A stretch of DNA of 32,000 nucleotides, taken from positions 36,087 to 68,086 of the forward strand of contig NZ_JAYKGW010000090.1 of NCBI RefSeq assembly GCF_035285525.1. Reading direction: 5' to 3'. The translations under genes and the position numbers were made by a program. Of the stretch, positions 7,775 through 17,047 are shown piece by piece. Origin of the DNA: Okeania sp. GTDB taxonomy: Bacteria; Cyanobacteriota; Cyanobacteriia; Cyanobacteriales; Microcoleaceae. Every line of letters begins with the position of its first letter. Within the stretch, counting starts at the first letter, position 1. Under the pieces are notes generated by a model. The model searched no databases and had not been told where the DNA came from. It saw nothing but the letters and a program-made list of their open reading frames with translations.

Positions 7775-10567
7775 TTATGTATACCGTATTGCCTGATATA
7801 TTCGTAATACTTTAATTAACTCTTGAATCTGGATAGGTTTACTTAAATAATCATTCATTCCAGCATCAAAACATAACTGTTTATCAGTTTCCATAGCATT
7901 AGCAGTTACTGCAATAATATAAGGTATTTCTGTAGGCAAAAATTGTTGACAAATTTTCTTTGTTGCCTCCAAACCATCCATTTCTGGCATTTGCATATCC
8001 ATCAGAATAATATCATATTTCCGAAGTTTCAAAGCTTCTAAAACTTCTAAACCATTAGCAGCAACATCTGCCAAATAACCTAATCTTTTTAAAATATTTA
8101 TGGCAACTTTTTGGTTAACTCTATTATCTTCTGCCAATAAAATTTGTAAAGGTAGTTCCTCAGCTAATTGAGGAATTTCTGTGTTTTTATCTTTGGATGT
8201 TTTTGTGGTTAACTTAATGGGTTGTTTCTGAAAAATAGCTAATAATACTTGATAGAGTTGAGATGATTTGATTGGCTTTTGTAATGTTGCTGCAAAATTT
8301 ATTTGTGCTAGTAAATCCGATGTTAATGGCAGACCACTTGAGCTAAGTAATATTAATGGTAAATCTTGACATTTTCTAAGTTTACGAATTTCTCCTGCTA
8401 ACTGCAACCCATCTATTTCTGGCATTTGTAAATCTAAAATAGCTAGAGAAAATGGGTTTTCTTGTTGTAGTAATTGTAAAGCTTCGGAACCCGATCCGAC
8501 TGAGTGAGGTTCAACTCCCCAAGACTGAGTTTGGAGATGCAAAATTTTGCGGTTAGTGGCATTATCATCAACAATTAAAATTTGCTTATCGTCAAATTTA
8601 GCCTCTCCTGGAATTAAATTAATATTAGTAGGAATAACTCCAACTTTGGCTTTTATTGTAAAATAAAATGTTGAACCTTTTCCTAACTCGCTGTCTAGCC
8701 ATATTTTTCCTCCCATCATTTCACTGAGGCGTTTACTAATAACTAAGCCTAAACCTGTACCTCCATATTTACGAGTTGTCGAAGCATCTACTTGAGTAAA
8801 AGACTGGAATAAAATTTGTTGTTTATCTTTAGCAATACCAATACCTGTATCTCTAACAGAAAATTCTATTTGATAAACTAAATCGCATTTTTCGCTATTT
8901 TTTAATTGGTTATTTTTTTGTGAAATATCTTCAGCATTAACTTGCAAAATTACTTCACCAACATCAGTAAATTTAATTGCATTGTTTAAAAGATTGGTCA
9001 AAATTTGTCTCAGTCTAGTAACATCTGTAATGATACATTTCGGTGTAACTGGACTTATATAATAAGCAACTTCTAAGCCTTTTTTCTGAGCTACAGGATA
9101 TAATAAATCTAAGACTTCTTCTATACAACTACTAATCAATACTGGTTGGTATTCTAGCTCTAGTTTCCCAGAATCTATTTTGCTAAAATCCAAGATATCA
9201 TTAATAATTGTTAGTAAAGAATCACCACTTGTTCTGATGGTTTCCACAAAATCTTTTTGTCGCTCAGATAGTTCAGTATTTAACAATAAACTTGTCATAC
9301 CAATTACCCCATTCATAGGAGTCCGAATTTCATGGCTCATAGTTGCGATAAAATCACTTTTTGCCCTGGTAGCTGCTAAAGCATCATCTCGTGCTTTTTC
9401 TAATTCTTGATTAGTTTTAAATAATTCTTGAGTGCGTTCTGCCACTAATTTTTTGATTTTTTTAGTCTGGTTAATATTCGTATTTAGATAACTACTAATA
9501 CCTGCTGTTAAGCATAACCCTAATGATAAAAATAACCAACCATCCCAGCTTTCTTTATTTTTGATATATTTCTGATTTGGAATTAATAAAAACAACCATT
9601 CTCTCTCACCTACTTTAACTGTTTTGATAAAGTTTCTACCTAAATCATTAGTAGCTAGTTTTAATTTGGCTAAAGCATCTACTTCCGTAATATTATTTGA
9701 GTAATTATCCCCTTTCTTAGATGAGGAAAAATAGAGAAATTTTTCTGATTCTGTACTAGCTGAAGTATCGTAAATATAAATATCAAATTGCTCCCCTTCA
9801 GTAGAAAAATTATCTAAATAATTTTCAAATAAATTTTCAATACTAAATACTCCTACAACAAACCCTTGTAAATTTTGGCGGAAATCGGCAATTGAATTAT
9901 TAATTGATTGTTTTTGATATATAGGTTGAAAAATCAAGAAACCATTTGTATTTTCTGTTTTTTCTACTAATTTAATTTTAGCAGTAGCGATCGCTTCCCC
10001 AGTATCGCGAGCTTTTTCTAAAGCTGCTAGACGATTAGAATTAGAAGACAAATCAAATCCTAAAGCTTTTTCATTACCTTGATATGGTTCGACAAAATAT
10101 ACTGGAAAATACTCAGCTTTGAGGTTAGCTCGGACTATTTTTCCGGCTTCGTTATGCTGGGTAAATTGAAAATTAGAATAACCATCTTTTTGTGCCATTA
10201 ATTCATATTTTTCTCTTTCACCAGCAGTAACATAAGGAATCCATTCTAGAGCTTGAATACTTGGCATCCGAGCTAAAAAAGATGAAACAAATTGTTTAAA
10301 TTCTTCTCGATTTACTTCTTGTGAACTTTCATAGAAACTTTTAAGTGATAATAATACATTTATTTCTTCTCTGATTTTATCTTCGATATAATCTACTTTA
10401 TCTAATGCTAAAGATTGAAATTCTATGGAAATTTTTTTTGATTCCCAATTTCTAACTACAGTAAACCCAATACCAGATAATAAAATGCCAATAATTATAG
10501 TTAACCATACTGGTAAATATTGTCTGAATAAATTATTTTTAGCTTGTTCATATTTGTTGGTATTCAT
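7775..10567 (-). CDS. Hybrid sensor histidine kinase: TM-CHASE-TM, HisKA, HATPase_c and two receiver domains
   Basis: Two hydrophobic segments flank a ~300-aa extracytoplasmic domain with CHASE-like motifs (ALEWIPYV...EREKYE). Kinase motifs are the H-box SHEIRTPMNGV, N-box LLNNAIKFT, G1 DTGIGI and G2 GGTGLGL. The two REC domains contain ILIVDDNATN...LDLQMPEIDG and ILLAEDNRVN...MDMQMPEMDG...SKP. Confidence 0.9.
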   Translation of the reverse strand: MNTNKYEQAKNNLFRQYLPVWLTIIIGILLSGIGFTVVRNWESKKISIEFQSLALDKVDYIEDKIREEINVLLSLKSFYESSQEVNREEFKQFVSSFLARMPSIQALEWIPYVTAGEREKYELMAQKDGYSNFQFTQHNEAGKIVRANLKAEYFPVYFVEPYQGNEKALGFDLSSNSNRLAALEKARDTGEAIATAKIKLVEKTENTNGFLIFQPIYQKQSINNSIADFRQNLQGFVVGVFSIENLFENYLDNFSTEGEQFDIYIYDTSASTESEKFLYFSSSKKGDNYSNNITEVDALAKLKLATNDLGRNFIKTVKVGEREWLFLLIPNQKYIKNKESWDGWLFLSLGLCLTAGISSYLNTNINQTKKIKKLVAERTQELFKTNQELEKARDDALAATRAKSDFIATMSHEIRTPMNGVIGMTSLLLNTELSERQKDFVETIRTSGDSLLTIINDILDFSKIDSGKLELEYQPVLISSCIEEVLDLLYPVAQKKGLEVAYYISPVTPKCIITDVTRLRQILTNLLNNAIKFTDVGEVILQVNAEDISQKNNQLKNSEKCDLVYQIEFSVRDTGIGIAKDKQQILFQSFTQVDASTTRKYGGTGLGLVISKRLSEMMGGKIWLDSELGKGSTFYFTIKAKVGVIPTNINLIPGEAKFDDKQILIVDDNATNRKILHLQTQSWGVEPHSVGSGSEALQLLQQENPFSLAILDLQMPEIDGLQLAGEIRKLRKCQDLPLILLSSSGLPLTSDLLAQINFAATLQKPIKSSQLYQVLLAIFQKQPIKLTTKTSKDKNTEIPQLAEELPLQILLAEDNRVNQKVAINILKRLGYLADVAANGLEVLEALKLRKYDIILMDMQMPEMDGLEATKKICQQFLPTEIPYIIAVTANAMETDKQLCFDAGMNDYLSKPIQIQELIKVLRIYQAIRYT

Positions 10568-10708
10568 TGGAGCAAAATATATACATTAAGAAATAGCGAT
10601 TATTATTATAGCGCTTTTCATTAACATAGAATACAAAAATGTAAACCACTGTCATTTCAGTTATAAGTTATCAGTACCTCAATGGAATAGGGAGGCTTGA
10701 AATACTGA

Positions 10709-11080
10709 ATCAATTTTTTTCATCCCCTTGAAAAAGGAATGGGAAGATTATTATCCATTATTTTATCAATTATGAATTTCCAAGGAGGAATAGTTTTAAT
10801 TGATGAAATTGAAAATGGCATACATTATTCAGTGATGGAAAAAGTTTGGCAGTCTATTGATGTAGCAACTATAAAACTTAATACTCAACTTTTTGCGACT
10901 ACTCATAGTTATGAATGTATTGGTGCAGCTCATCAAGCATTTTATAACTCCAACTCTGAATCATATAATTTTTGTTATTTAAGATTAGAGAGAGAAAAAG
11001 AAACTAATTCTATCAAGAGTTTAGTTTATGACAAAGATAATATTGAAACTTCTTTAGAACTTAATTGGGAGATGCGCTAA
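10709..11080 (+). pseudogene. C-terminal remnant of an ABC/AAA_21-type ATPase (Walker B and downstream only)
   Basis: The open frame starts just after a TGA at 10706. It encodes GMGRLLSIILSI, a Walker B-like LIDEIENGIHYS and ATTHS. No Walker A or N-terminal half is present upstream. Confidence 0.6.
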
Positions 11081-11664
11081 ATGATTCAGAATCAAAAAAC
11101 TGAAAATATTAAAAAATCGAAGCTTATTCTTGGTGAAGGAAAAGATGAATAATCTTTCTTTTCTGCACTAATTCAACATTTAGAAATTGATGATATTCAA
11201 GTTCTTAGTTATGGAGGAAAAACCAAGCTTAACGAGGGTTTAAAAACTTTGCATTTAGTCCAGGGTTTTCGGATTTGCGCTCTTTATTAATTACTAGAGA
11301 TGCTGATGAATTATTCAATAATGCTTCTCAAAGTATTGATGGTTTTATTAAACTAATAAAAGATCGTAAAAATTTAACAATCAAAACATATATCTTTGCA
11401 GACAATAAGTCTGCAGGAATGTTATACTACCTTTGTTTAAAAGCAATTGATAGTTATGAAATGAGTTGTATTGAAGATTTTTTTCAGTGCATTAATAAAA
11501 ATACAAATAGAGAACCAAATGAATTTTCTAAAGCTAAAATTTACGCTTGGTTATCTACTCAAACAAAACCAGATAAACGTTTAGATGAAGTTGCTAAAGC
11601 AGGATATATTGACTGTAATAACGAAAAATTTAACGAATTAATAAATTTTATAAAAAGCCTTTGA
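11081..11664 (+). pseudogene. Disrupted partner gene of the ATPase (DUF3226/DUF4276-like, Toprim-like N-terminus); one in-frame TAA and one frameshift
   Basis: The ATG at 11081 directly follows the ATPase stop. Translation gives MIQNQKTENIKKSKLILGEGKDE, then TAA at 11150-11152, then SFFSALIQHLEIDDIQVLSYGGKTKL. The reading frame then switches near 11265-11277 into the frame of ORF 11275..11664. The family call is from memory of the LxxEGKDDxxF pattern. Confidence 0.5.
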
Positions 11665-11986
11665 ATCGAATTATTAATTACCATTCAAATATTCAGAATA
11701 TGCTGCACTCCCTTAAGCACCTAAACAGAATTATTTACACAGTTAAGATTCCACCTTATAAAAGATTATCGTAGAAATCCTAAATAAGTCAGAATCAGGA
11801 TTCATCTCAATATTGCAAAAAGACTTTTTTCTTCCATACATATTCCCTGTTCCCTAAAAATACTCACCAACTATTTATCAATTTCTTATATAAGTCTCAT
11901 ATTTTTCACAGAATAAATTAATATTGATTCTCCATACTTTATACATAAGCGAAAATTAAATTTAATTAACTGGAAGGAACAACATT

Positions 11987-12262
11987 ATGAAAAACATCAA
12001 CAAAAAGTTAGCTTTAGCTACTGCAATGACTGGTGTATTAGCTGTTGGTATTGCTACTCTAGGTAATAATCAAGAAGCTCTTGCTGAAAAAGAAGGTATG
12101 GAGAAATGTGCTGGTATTGTTAAAGCAGGTCAAAATGATTGTGGTGCTAATGGTCATAGTTGTGCAGGTCTAGCTAAGAATGATTCAGATCCTAACGAAT
12201 GGATTTACGTTCCTGAAGGTACTTGTCAGAAAATTGTTGGTGCAAAAATTGTTAATAAATAG
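11987..12262 (+). CDS. bufA: DUF2282 / BufA1-type bufferin precursor peptide (Sec signal peptide plus 4-Cys core)
   Basis: The signal peptide is [33 protein letters not shown] followed by E. The core is [44 protein letters not shown], which matches the DUF2282 pattern EKCYG..K.G.NDC......CAG......W..VP.GTC. It lies upstream of DUF692 and DUF2063 genes. Confidence 0.85.
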   Translation: MKNINKKLALATAMTGVLAVGIATLGNNQEALAEKEGMEKCAGIVKAGQNDCGANGHSCAGLAKNDSDPNEWIYVPEGTCQKIVGAKIVNK

Positions 12263-12640
12263 GCTAAAACATATAAGTTAAAAATTTAGGTAATGATTGT
12301 CAGGCATTTTTGAATAAAGTCATGGTTTAAGAATAATAAAAATAGGAAAGGGGGTGATTTTTTGGAATATATATAAACCCCTTTTCTTCTATTTATTGTT
12401 CGTTAATTAAATCAACTGAAAATTTAAGAATGCCATATTTTTTCATAAAAATAGCTTATACCAAGTGTGATAAATATTTGTTACAAATGGAAGAAGGAAG
12501 AAACATTTAACAAAAAGGAATAAATGATAGAGATAAATATCTAAAATTAATTGGAGCAGCTATTTTTGAGGATTTCCGATAAACATCTATATTTTTGTAG
12601 CATTCTTTTTTCCAATCAGTAGAAGGTACTAATAACTGAA

Positions 12641-13540
12641 ATGGCAACCTATTTAAAATCTAAAAATTTAGAAATTGATATTAGTTCTAAATTGCAAACA
12701 AATCCAAACATTCCCTATATTAATTCACGCTCTATTAAAGGTGCAGGAATTGGATTACGTTCTGTACATTATCAATATATTCTTAGTCAAAAACCCAAAA
12801 TAAATTGGTTTGAAGTTTTATCAGATAACTATCTTTGTGCAGGTGGTTTACCACTATTTAATTTAGAAAAAATTCGTCAAAATTATCCAGTTACTCTACA
12901 TGGAGTAGGAATGTCTCTGGGTTCAACAGACCCATTAAATTTAGATTATTTAACTAGATTAAAAAAATTAGCAGCAAAAGTTGAACCAGATTTAATTTCC
13001 GATCATTTATCTTGGATATCTGTTAATGGTCACTATCTTAATGATTTAATTCCTTTGGTTTATACAGAAGAGGTAATGGATTTTGTGGCATCTAGAATTT
13101 TGCAAGTACAAGAATTTTTAGGCAGACAAATTTTGATTGAAAATCCCTCCCCGTATTTAACTTTTACAGATTCAACTATGTCAGAATGGGAGTTTATTGA
13201 AGGATTACTTAAAACAGCAGATTGTTATTTACTTTTAGATGTAAATAATCTTTATGTCAATGCCATAAATAATAAAATTGACCCCCTACAATATTTAGAT
13301 AGTATTCCTCCGAATAGAGTTAAACAAATTCATTTAGCAGGTTACGAAGCAAAAGAAAATTATCTATTAGATACCCACGGTTATCCTGTACATTCTCCAG
13401 TTTGGGAATTGTATAAAGAAGCATTAACTAGGTTCGGTGCTGTACCAACTTTAATAGAATGGGATACTAATATTCCCTCTTTTGAAGTATTAATGGCAGA
13501 AGCAAATAAAGCTGAAAAATTATTAGAAAATATAAAGTAA
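12641..13540 (+). CDS. bufB: DUF692 / MNIO (multinuclear non-heme iron oxidase) family RiPP-modifying enzyme, BufB-like
   Basis: DUF692-like motifs include GAGIGLRSVHY, WFEVLSDNY, VTLHGVGMSLGS, ISDHLSW, ILIENPS and IHLAGY. The gene sits between the DUF2282 and DUF2063 genes. Confidence 0.85.
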   Translation: MATYLKSKNLEIDISSKLQTNPNIPYINSRSIKGAGIGLRSVHYQYILSQKPKINWFEVLSDNYLCAGGLPLFNLEKIRQNYPVTLHGVGMSLGSTDPLNLDYLTRLKKLAAKVEPDLISDHLSWISVNGHYLNDLIPLVYTEEVMDFVASRILQVQEFLGRQILIENPSPYLTFTDSTMSEWEFIEGLLKTADCYLLLDVNNLYVNAINNKIDPLQYLDSIPPNRVKQIHLAGYEAKENYLLDTHGYPVHSPVWELYKEALTRFGAVPTLIEWDTNIPSFEVLMAEANKAEKLLENIK

Positions 13541-14337
13541 TGGAAGCGATAACTCTACAAAATTTATTTCTACAAGCTGTTTTGGAAAAAGATAGTTTTA
13601 GTATAGAAAAATTAAGTCAACATATTAAAGCACCGAATAATTTAACACCTGCCGAAAGTTTGGCAATTTACCACAATAATGTTGTGGGAAATTTAAGTAA
13701 TACATTAGTCTCAATTTATCCTGTTTGTTGTCAGTTATTAGGTGAAAAATTTTTTAATGCTACGGGATTAAAATTTATTGAAAAGTTTCCTTGTTTATCA
13801 CCAGACTTAGGAGATTATGGGGAAGAGTTTGCAGATTTTTTGGCTAATTTTGAACCTGTAAAAGATTTACCATATTTGTCAGATGTAGCCCGTTTAGAAT
13901 GGCATTGGCATCGTATTTTTGCTGGTGAAAATACAAATGGTTTAGATTTCCAAACTTTAGGAGAAATTCCTCAAGAAAAATGGGGGGAATTGATTTTTTA
14001 TTTACCAAAAAATAGTGTTTTATTAGAGTCTATCTATCCTATTCATAGAATTTGGCAAGTTAATCAATCTGATTATCAAGGGGATGAAGTAGTTAGTTTA
14101 GATGAAGGTGGAGTAAAAATATTTTTGTGGCGACAAGGTTATGATATGCGAATTGATTTACCTAAAGATGATGAGTGGGAATTATTAACAGTTTTTCAAG
14201 GAAATTATCCAGTTGAAATTATCTGTGAAAAATTAGTTGATGTTGAATCTGAAGTGGATGTTGGTTTGTTACTGCCATTGTTTGTGCAACGAGGTTGGAT
14301 TACTAATTTTTCTATAGTAGGGGTGGGTTTTAACTAG
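13540..14337 (+). CDS. bufC: DUF2063 family protein (BufC-like partner of MNIO)
   Basis: The start overlaps the bufB stop (TAATG), suggesting translational coupling. DUF2063-like motifs are YHNNVVGNLSNTL and FEPVKDLPYLSDVARLEWHWHRIF. The last 7 codons and the stop lie inside the 83-bp tandem repeat. Confidence 0.8.
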   Translation: MEAITLQNLFLQAVLEKDSFSIEKLSQHIKAPNNLTPAESLAIYHNNVVGNLSNTLVSIYPVCCQLLGEKFFNATGLKFIEKFPCLSPDLGDYGEEFADFLANFEPVKDLPYLSDVARLEWHWHRIFAGENTNGLDFQTLGEIPQEKWGELIFYLPKNSVLLESIYPIHRIWQVNQSDYQGDEVVSLDEGGVKIFLWRQGYDMRIDLPKDDEWELLTVFQGNYPVEIICEKLVDVESEVDVGLLLPLFVQRGWITNFSIVGVGFN

Positions 14338-14481
14338 AATTTCCATACTTATTCTAAGATTTATATAAACCCACCTTTTCATTTATCAAATAATTAATAG
14401 TAGGGGTGGGTTTTAACTAAAATTTCCATACTTATTCTAAGATTTATATAAACCCACCCTTTCATTTATCAAATAATTAAT
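14315..14481. repeat. Tandem duplication, 2 x 83 bp, each unit containing a gggtgggttt...aaacccacc inverted repeat
   Basis: Unit 1 is 14315-14397 and unit 2 is 14398-14480, and they are nearly identical. A related hairpin (gggggtgatttttt...tatataaacccc) lies at ~12350-12385 downstream of bufA. Confidence 0.85.
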
Positions 14482-14501
14482 CATCCATTCAACTGTTATT
14501 T

Positions 14502-14634
14502 TGTAGCCATAAAAATCATTTGTGAGAAAAAAAACGGTAGGGGTTTAATCTCCAAATTCCTTGGCACTTCCCTTGAGAAACCAAACCTACCCCTACCATA
14601 AAATCTTACAATCTATTTAGGATTGCTATATATT
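14502..14634 (-). repeat. Second, inverted copy of MITE-like element X
   Basis: Its reverse complement aligns arm-for-arm with 6471-6595. The interior hairpin sequence differs. Confidence 0.7.
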
Positions 14635-14798
14635 AGAACATAGACTTATGTAATTTCCTTCTTCCTTCTTCCTTTTTTCTTCTTTATTCTTCCTTCTTTA
14701 CTTCTTTTTTCTTTAGTGTGATAATAAATTAATAACTCAAAGCTAATAGCTAATAGCTGAGAGCTAAATGTTTACCTTAAGTTCTTAAAAAAGAATAG

Positions 14799-16814
14799 AT
14801 GAAAGAAATCCTTTACTTAGAAGTACCAACGCCAGATACGAAAACTGTTTGTCAATGGCTACAATCTCAATTTCAACCTGGTTTTGGCCAAAAAAATATA
14901 ACTCCAGATGGCTTTATTCTCAAACTTCCTGAAGACCCTACTCAGGAAATATCTGTCTTTTTATGGTCATTACAACGAACTACCTATCTGAAAGTATTTG
15001 CTGAAGGAAATATATCTTCAATACAGCAAAAATTTACCTCAAATTTAACTAACAATTTACGAAAAGAATTTCCTCTAAACTATCCAGAACCTCCCCAAAT
15101 TGATCTATCTAATCAGTCAATTTTTACAGCTTTAGCATCTGATTATCCCTTGACAGTTAAATACTTTCAAAAAATGCCTAAAGGAGAGTATTATCTCAAC
15201 CGTTTATATTGGTGGGAAAAACGTTGGCGAGAATCAGTTAAAAATCCTCAAAAACCTAAACAGGTGCTTTGGAAAAAAGAGTCAGAAACTAATAATAATT
15301 CAGTTGAATATGACTTAATTTATGTTGGTGGCGCTCTGGGAATAGTTCATGCAGCAGTCATGGCAAGATTGGGATATAAAGTATTATTATTAGAACGTTT
15401 ACGTTTCGGTACAATGAATCGAGAATGGAATATTTCTCGCTCCGAAATTCAAGGTTTAATTGATTTAGGTTTATTTACAAATACAGAAGTAGAAAACTTA
15501 ATTGCCAGAGAATATAAAGATGGATTTAATAATTTTTTTGATGCTAATAATCCGGATTTTTGTAAAGCAGAAATTCTCCATACTCCCACAGTTTTAAATT
15601 TGGCATTAGATTCAGAAAAATTATTAACTTTATGTGGAAATAAACTCCTAGAAGCTGGTGGAAAAATCGTCGATGAAACAGAATTTATTAAAGCTGATAT
15701 TGAACCAGAAAAAGTAGTAGTTTACACTCAAAATCTATCTACCAAAACTGAACAAATTTTCTCTGGTCGTTTGTTAATAGATGCTATGGGTACTGCTTCT
15801 CCTATCGCTTGGCAATTAAATGGAAAACGAGCTTTCGATAGTGTTTGTCCCACAGTCGGAGCTGTAATAGATGGTGGATTTGAACCAGGTGTTTGGGATT
15901 CAAATTATGGAGATGTTCTCAATAGTCATGGAGATATTTCTCGCGGGAGACAATTAATTTGGGAGTTATTTCCTGGTAAAGATAATGAGTTAACAATTTA
16001 TCTATTTCATTATCATCAAGTTCATCCAGAAAACCCTGGTTCTCTGTTAGAAATGTATGAAGATTTTTTCACTATTTTACCAGAATATCGACGCTGTGAT
16101 CTGGATAAATTAGTATGGAAAAAGCCAACATTTGGTTATATTCCTGGGCATTTTAGTATTAAAGGTAGCGATCGCCAAGTTGCTTTTGACCGTCTAGTTT
16201 GTATTGGTGATGCTGCTTCTCTCCAGTCTCCCTTAGTATTTACTGGTTTTGGTTCTTTAGTGAGAAATTTACCTCGTTTAACTGAACTTTTAGATACTGC
16301 TTTAAAATATGATTTACTCAGTGCCAATAACTTAAATAAAATTCGTGCTTATCAAAGCAATATTGCCATTACTTGGTTATTTTCTAAAGGTATGATGGTT
16401 CCTACTGGTAAGTTTTTACCTCCCCAAAAAATCAATTCTATTTTGAATACATTCTTTGGCTTATTAGCAGATTCTCCCCCAGAAGTAGCAGATACTTTTA
16501 TTAAAGATAGGGCTGATTGGTGGACTTTTACAAAACTAGCTCTCAAAGCAGCCAGAATCAATCCTTATCTTTTATTCTGGATTCTAGACTTTATTAATTT
16601 CCAGGAAATATTACTGTGGATAACCAGTTATATTAATTTCACTTTGTTTAGTTTAATAAGTTGGTTATTCGGATGGTTCCCTAGTTTTGCTCGTTCGATT
16701 CAACCTTGGTTAGAACCTCGTTTTCCTGGTTTATGGTTTTGGATATTAGCTAATAGTTATGCTTTAACTTATAATGTCGGTCAACCACAGATGAATTTCC
16801 AATTACAAAAGTAA
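14799..16814 (+). CDS. FAD-dependent oxidoreductase, CruA/CruP-type lycopene cyclase-like, with a hydrophobic C-terminus
   Basis: After a ~170-aa N-terminal extension comes the Rossmann dinucleotide motif YDLIYVGGALGIVHAAVMARLGYKVLLLER. The CIGDAASLQSPLVFTGFGS motif is recalled from CruA-type cyclases. The C-terminal segments are likely membrane-spanning. The specific function is uncertain. Confidence 0.5.
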   Translation: MKEILYLEVPTPDTKTVCQWLQSQFQPGFGQKNITPDGFILKLPEDPTQEISVFLWSLQRTTYLKVFAEGNISSIQQKFTSNLTNNLRKEFPLNYPEPPQIDLSNQSIFTALASDYPLTVKYFQKMPKGEYYLNRLYWWEKRWRESVKNPQKPKQVLWKKESETNNNSVEYDLIYVGGALGIVHAAVMARLGYKVLLLERLRFGTMNREWNISRSEIQGLIDLGLFTNTEVENLIAREYKDGFNNFFDANNPDFCKAEILHTPTVLNLALDSEKLLTLCGNKLLEAGGKIVDETEFIKADIEPEKVVVYTQNLSTKTEQIFSGRLLIDAMGTASPIAWQLNGKRAFDSVCPTVGAVIDGGFEPGVWDSNYGDVLNSHGDISRGRQLIWELFPGKDNELTIYLFHYHQVHPENPGSLLEMYEDFFTILPEYRRCDLDKLVWKKPTFGYIPGHFSIKGSDRQVAFDRLVCIGDAASLQSPLVFTGFGSLVRNLPRLTELLDTALKYDLLSANNLNKIRAYQSNIAITWLFSKGMMVPTGKFLPPQKINSILNTFFGLLADSPPEVADTFIKDRADWWTFTKLALKAARINPYLLFWILDFINFQEILLWITSYINFTLFSLISWLFGWFPSFARSIQPWLEPRFPGLWFWILANSYALTYNVGQPQMNFQLQK

Positions 16815-16868
16815 AGAAAGAAGAAAGAAGAAAGAAGGCTTTAGTTATCTAGGAGAGAAGGAAGAAGG

Positions 16869-16893
16869 AAAGAGCGAATGTAATTCGCTCTTT
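16869..16893 (+). terminator. Hairpin (11-bp stem, 3-nt loop) downstream of the CruA-like gene
   Basis: The sequence is aaagagcgaat gta attcgctcttt. There is only a short T-run, so terminator function is inferred. Confidence 0.45.
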
Positions 16894-16896
16894 CAT

Positions 16897-16959
16897 TATC
16901 AATTATCAATTATCAATTATCAATTATCAATTATCAATTATCAATTATTAATTATTCAT
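16897..16959. repeat. Heptanucleotide tandem repeat (TATCAAT) x7 plus 2 degenerate units, STRR-like
   Basis: Seven perfect units run from 16897 to 16945, followed by tattaat and tattcat. Single ttatcaatta motifs recur at ~18017 and ~21842, at the other unit edges of the cassette region. Confidence 0.95.
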
Positions 16960-16967
16960 TGAAAAAG

Positions 16968-17047
16968 GCGATCGCTCCCGATCAAAACCAGATTTAGGGA
17001 AAGCCAGAAAGCAGATTTTTTTTCAAAAAACCGGGTTTCTTAAACAA
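16968..17047 (+). repeat. Element P copy 1 (HIP1, then caaaaccagatttagggaaagcc, then a degenerate palindrome)
   Basis: gcgatcgctcccgatcaaaaccagatttagggaaagccagaaagcagattttttttcaaaaaaccgggtttct. It abuts the stop of gene B1. Confidence 0.85.

Noticed and set aside
4494-9410. Track ORFs 4494..4733, 5044..5283, 5598..5846, 6179..6397, 6655..6846 and 9180..9410
   Set aside because: They are antisense or out-of-frame shadows inside the GDSL, LpxB-like, ankyrin and histidine kinase genes.
12345-12390. Canonical intrinsic terminator after bufA
   Set aside because: The stem is only ~7-8 bp, the loop is ~23 nt, and the T-run is part of the stem. I report it only as a hairpin of the same repeat family as 14320-14390.
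16136-16561. Track ORFs 16136..16327(-) and 16352..16561(-)
   Set aside because: They are antisense shadows within the 671-aa flavoprotein gene.
14315-16959. Possible CRISPR array (83-bp tandem repeat; heptamer array)
   Set aside because: The tandem repeat has only two adjacent 83-bp units with no spacers. The heptamer array is a simple 7-nt microsatellite. No cas genes are present.
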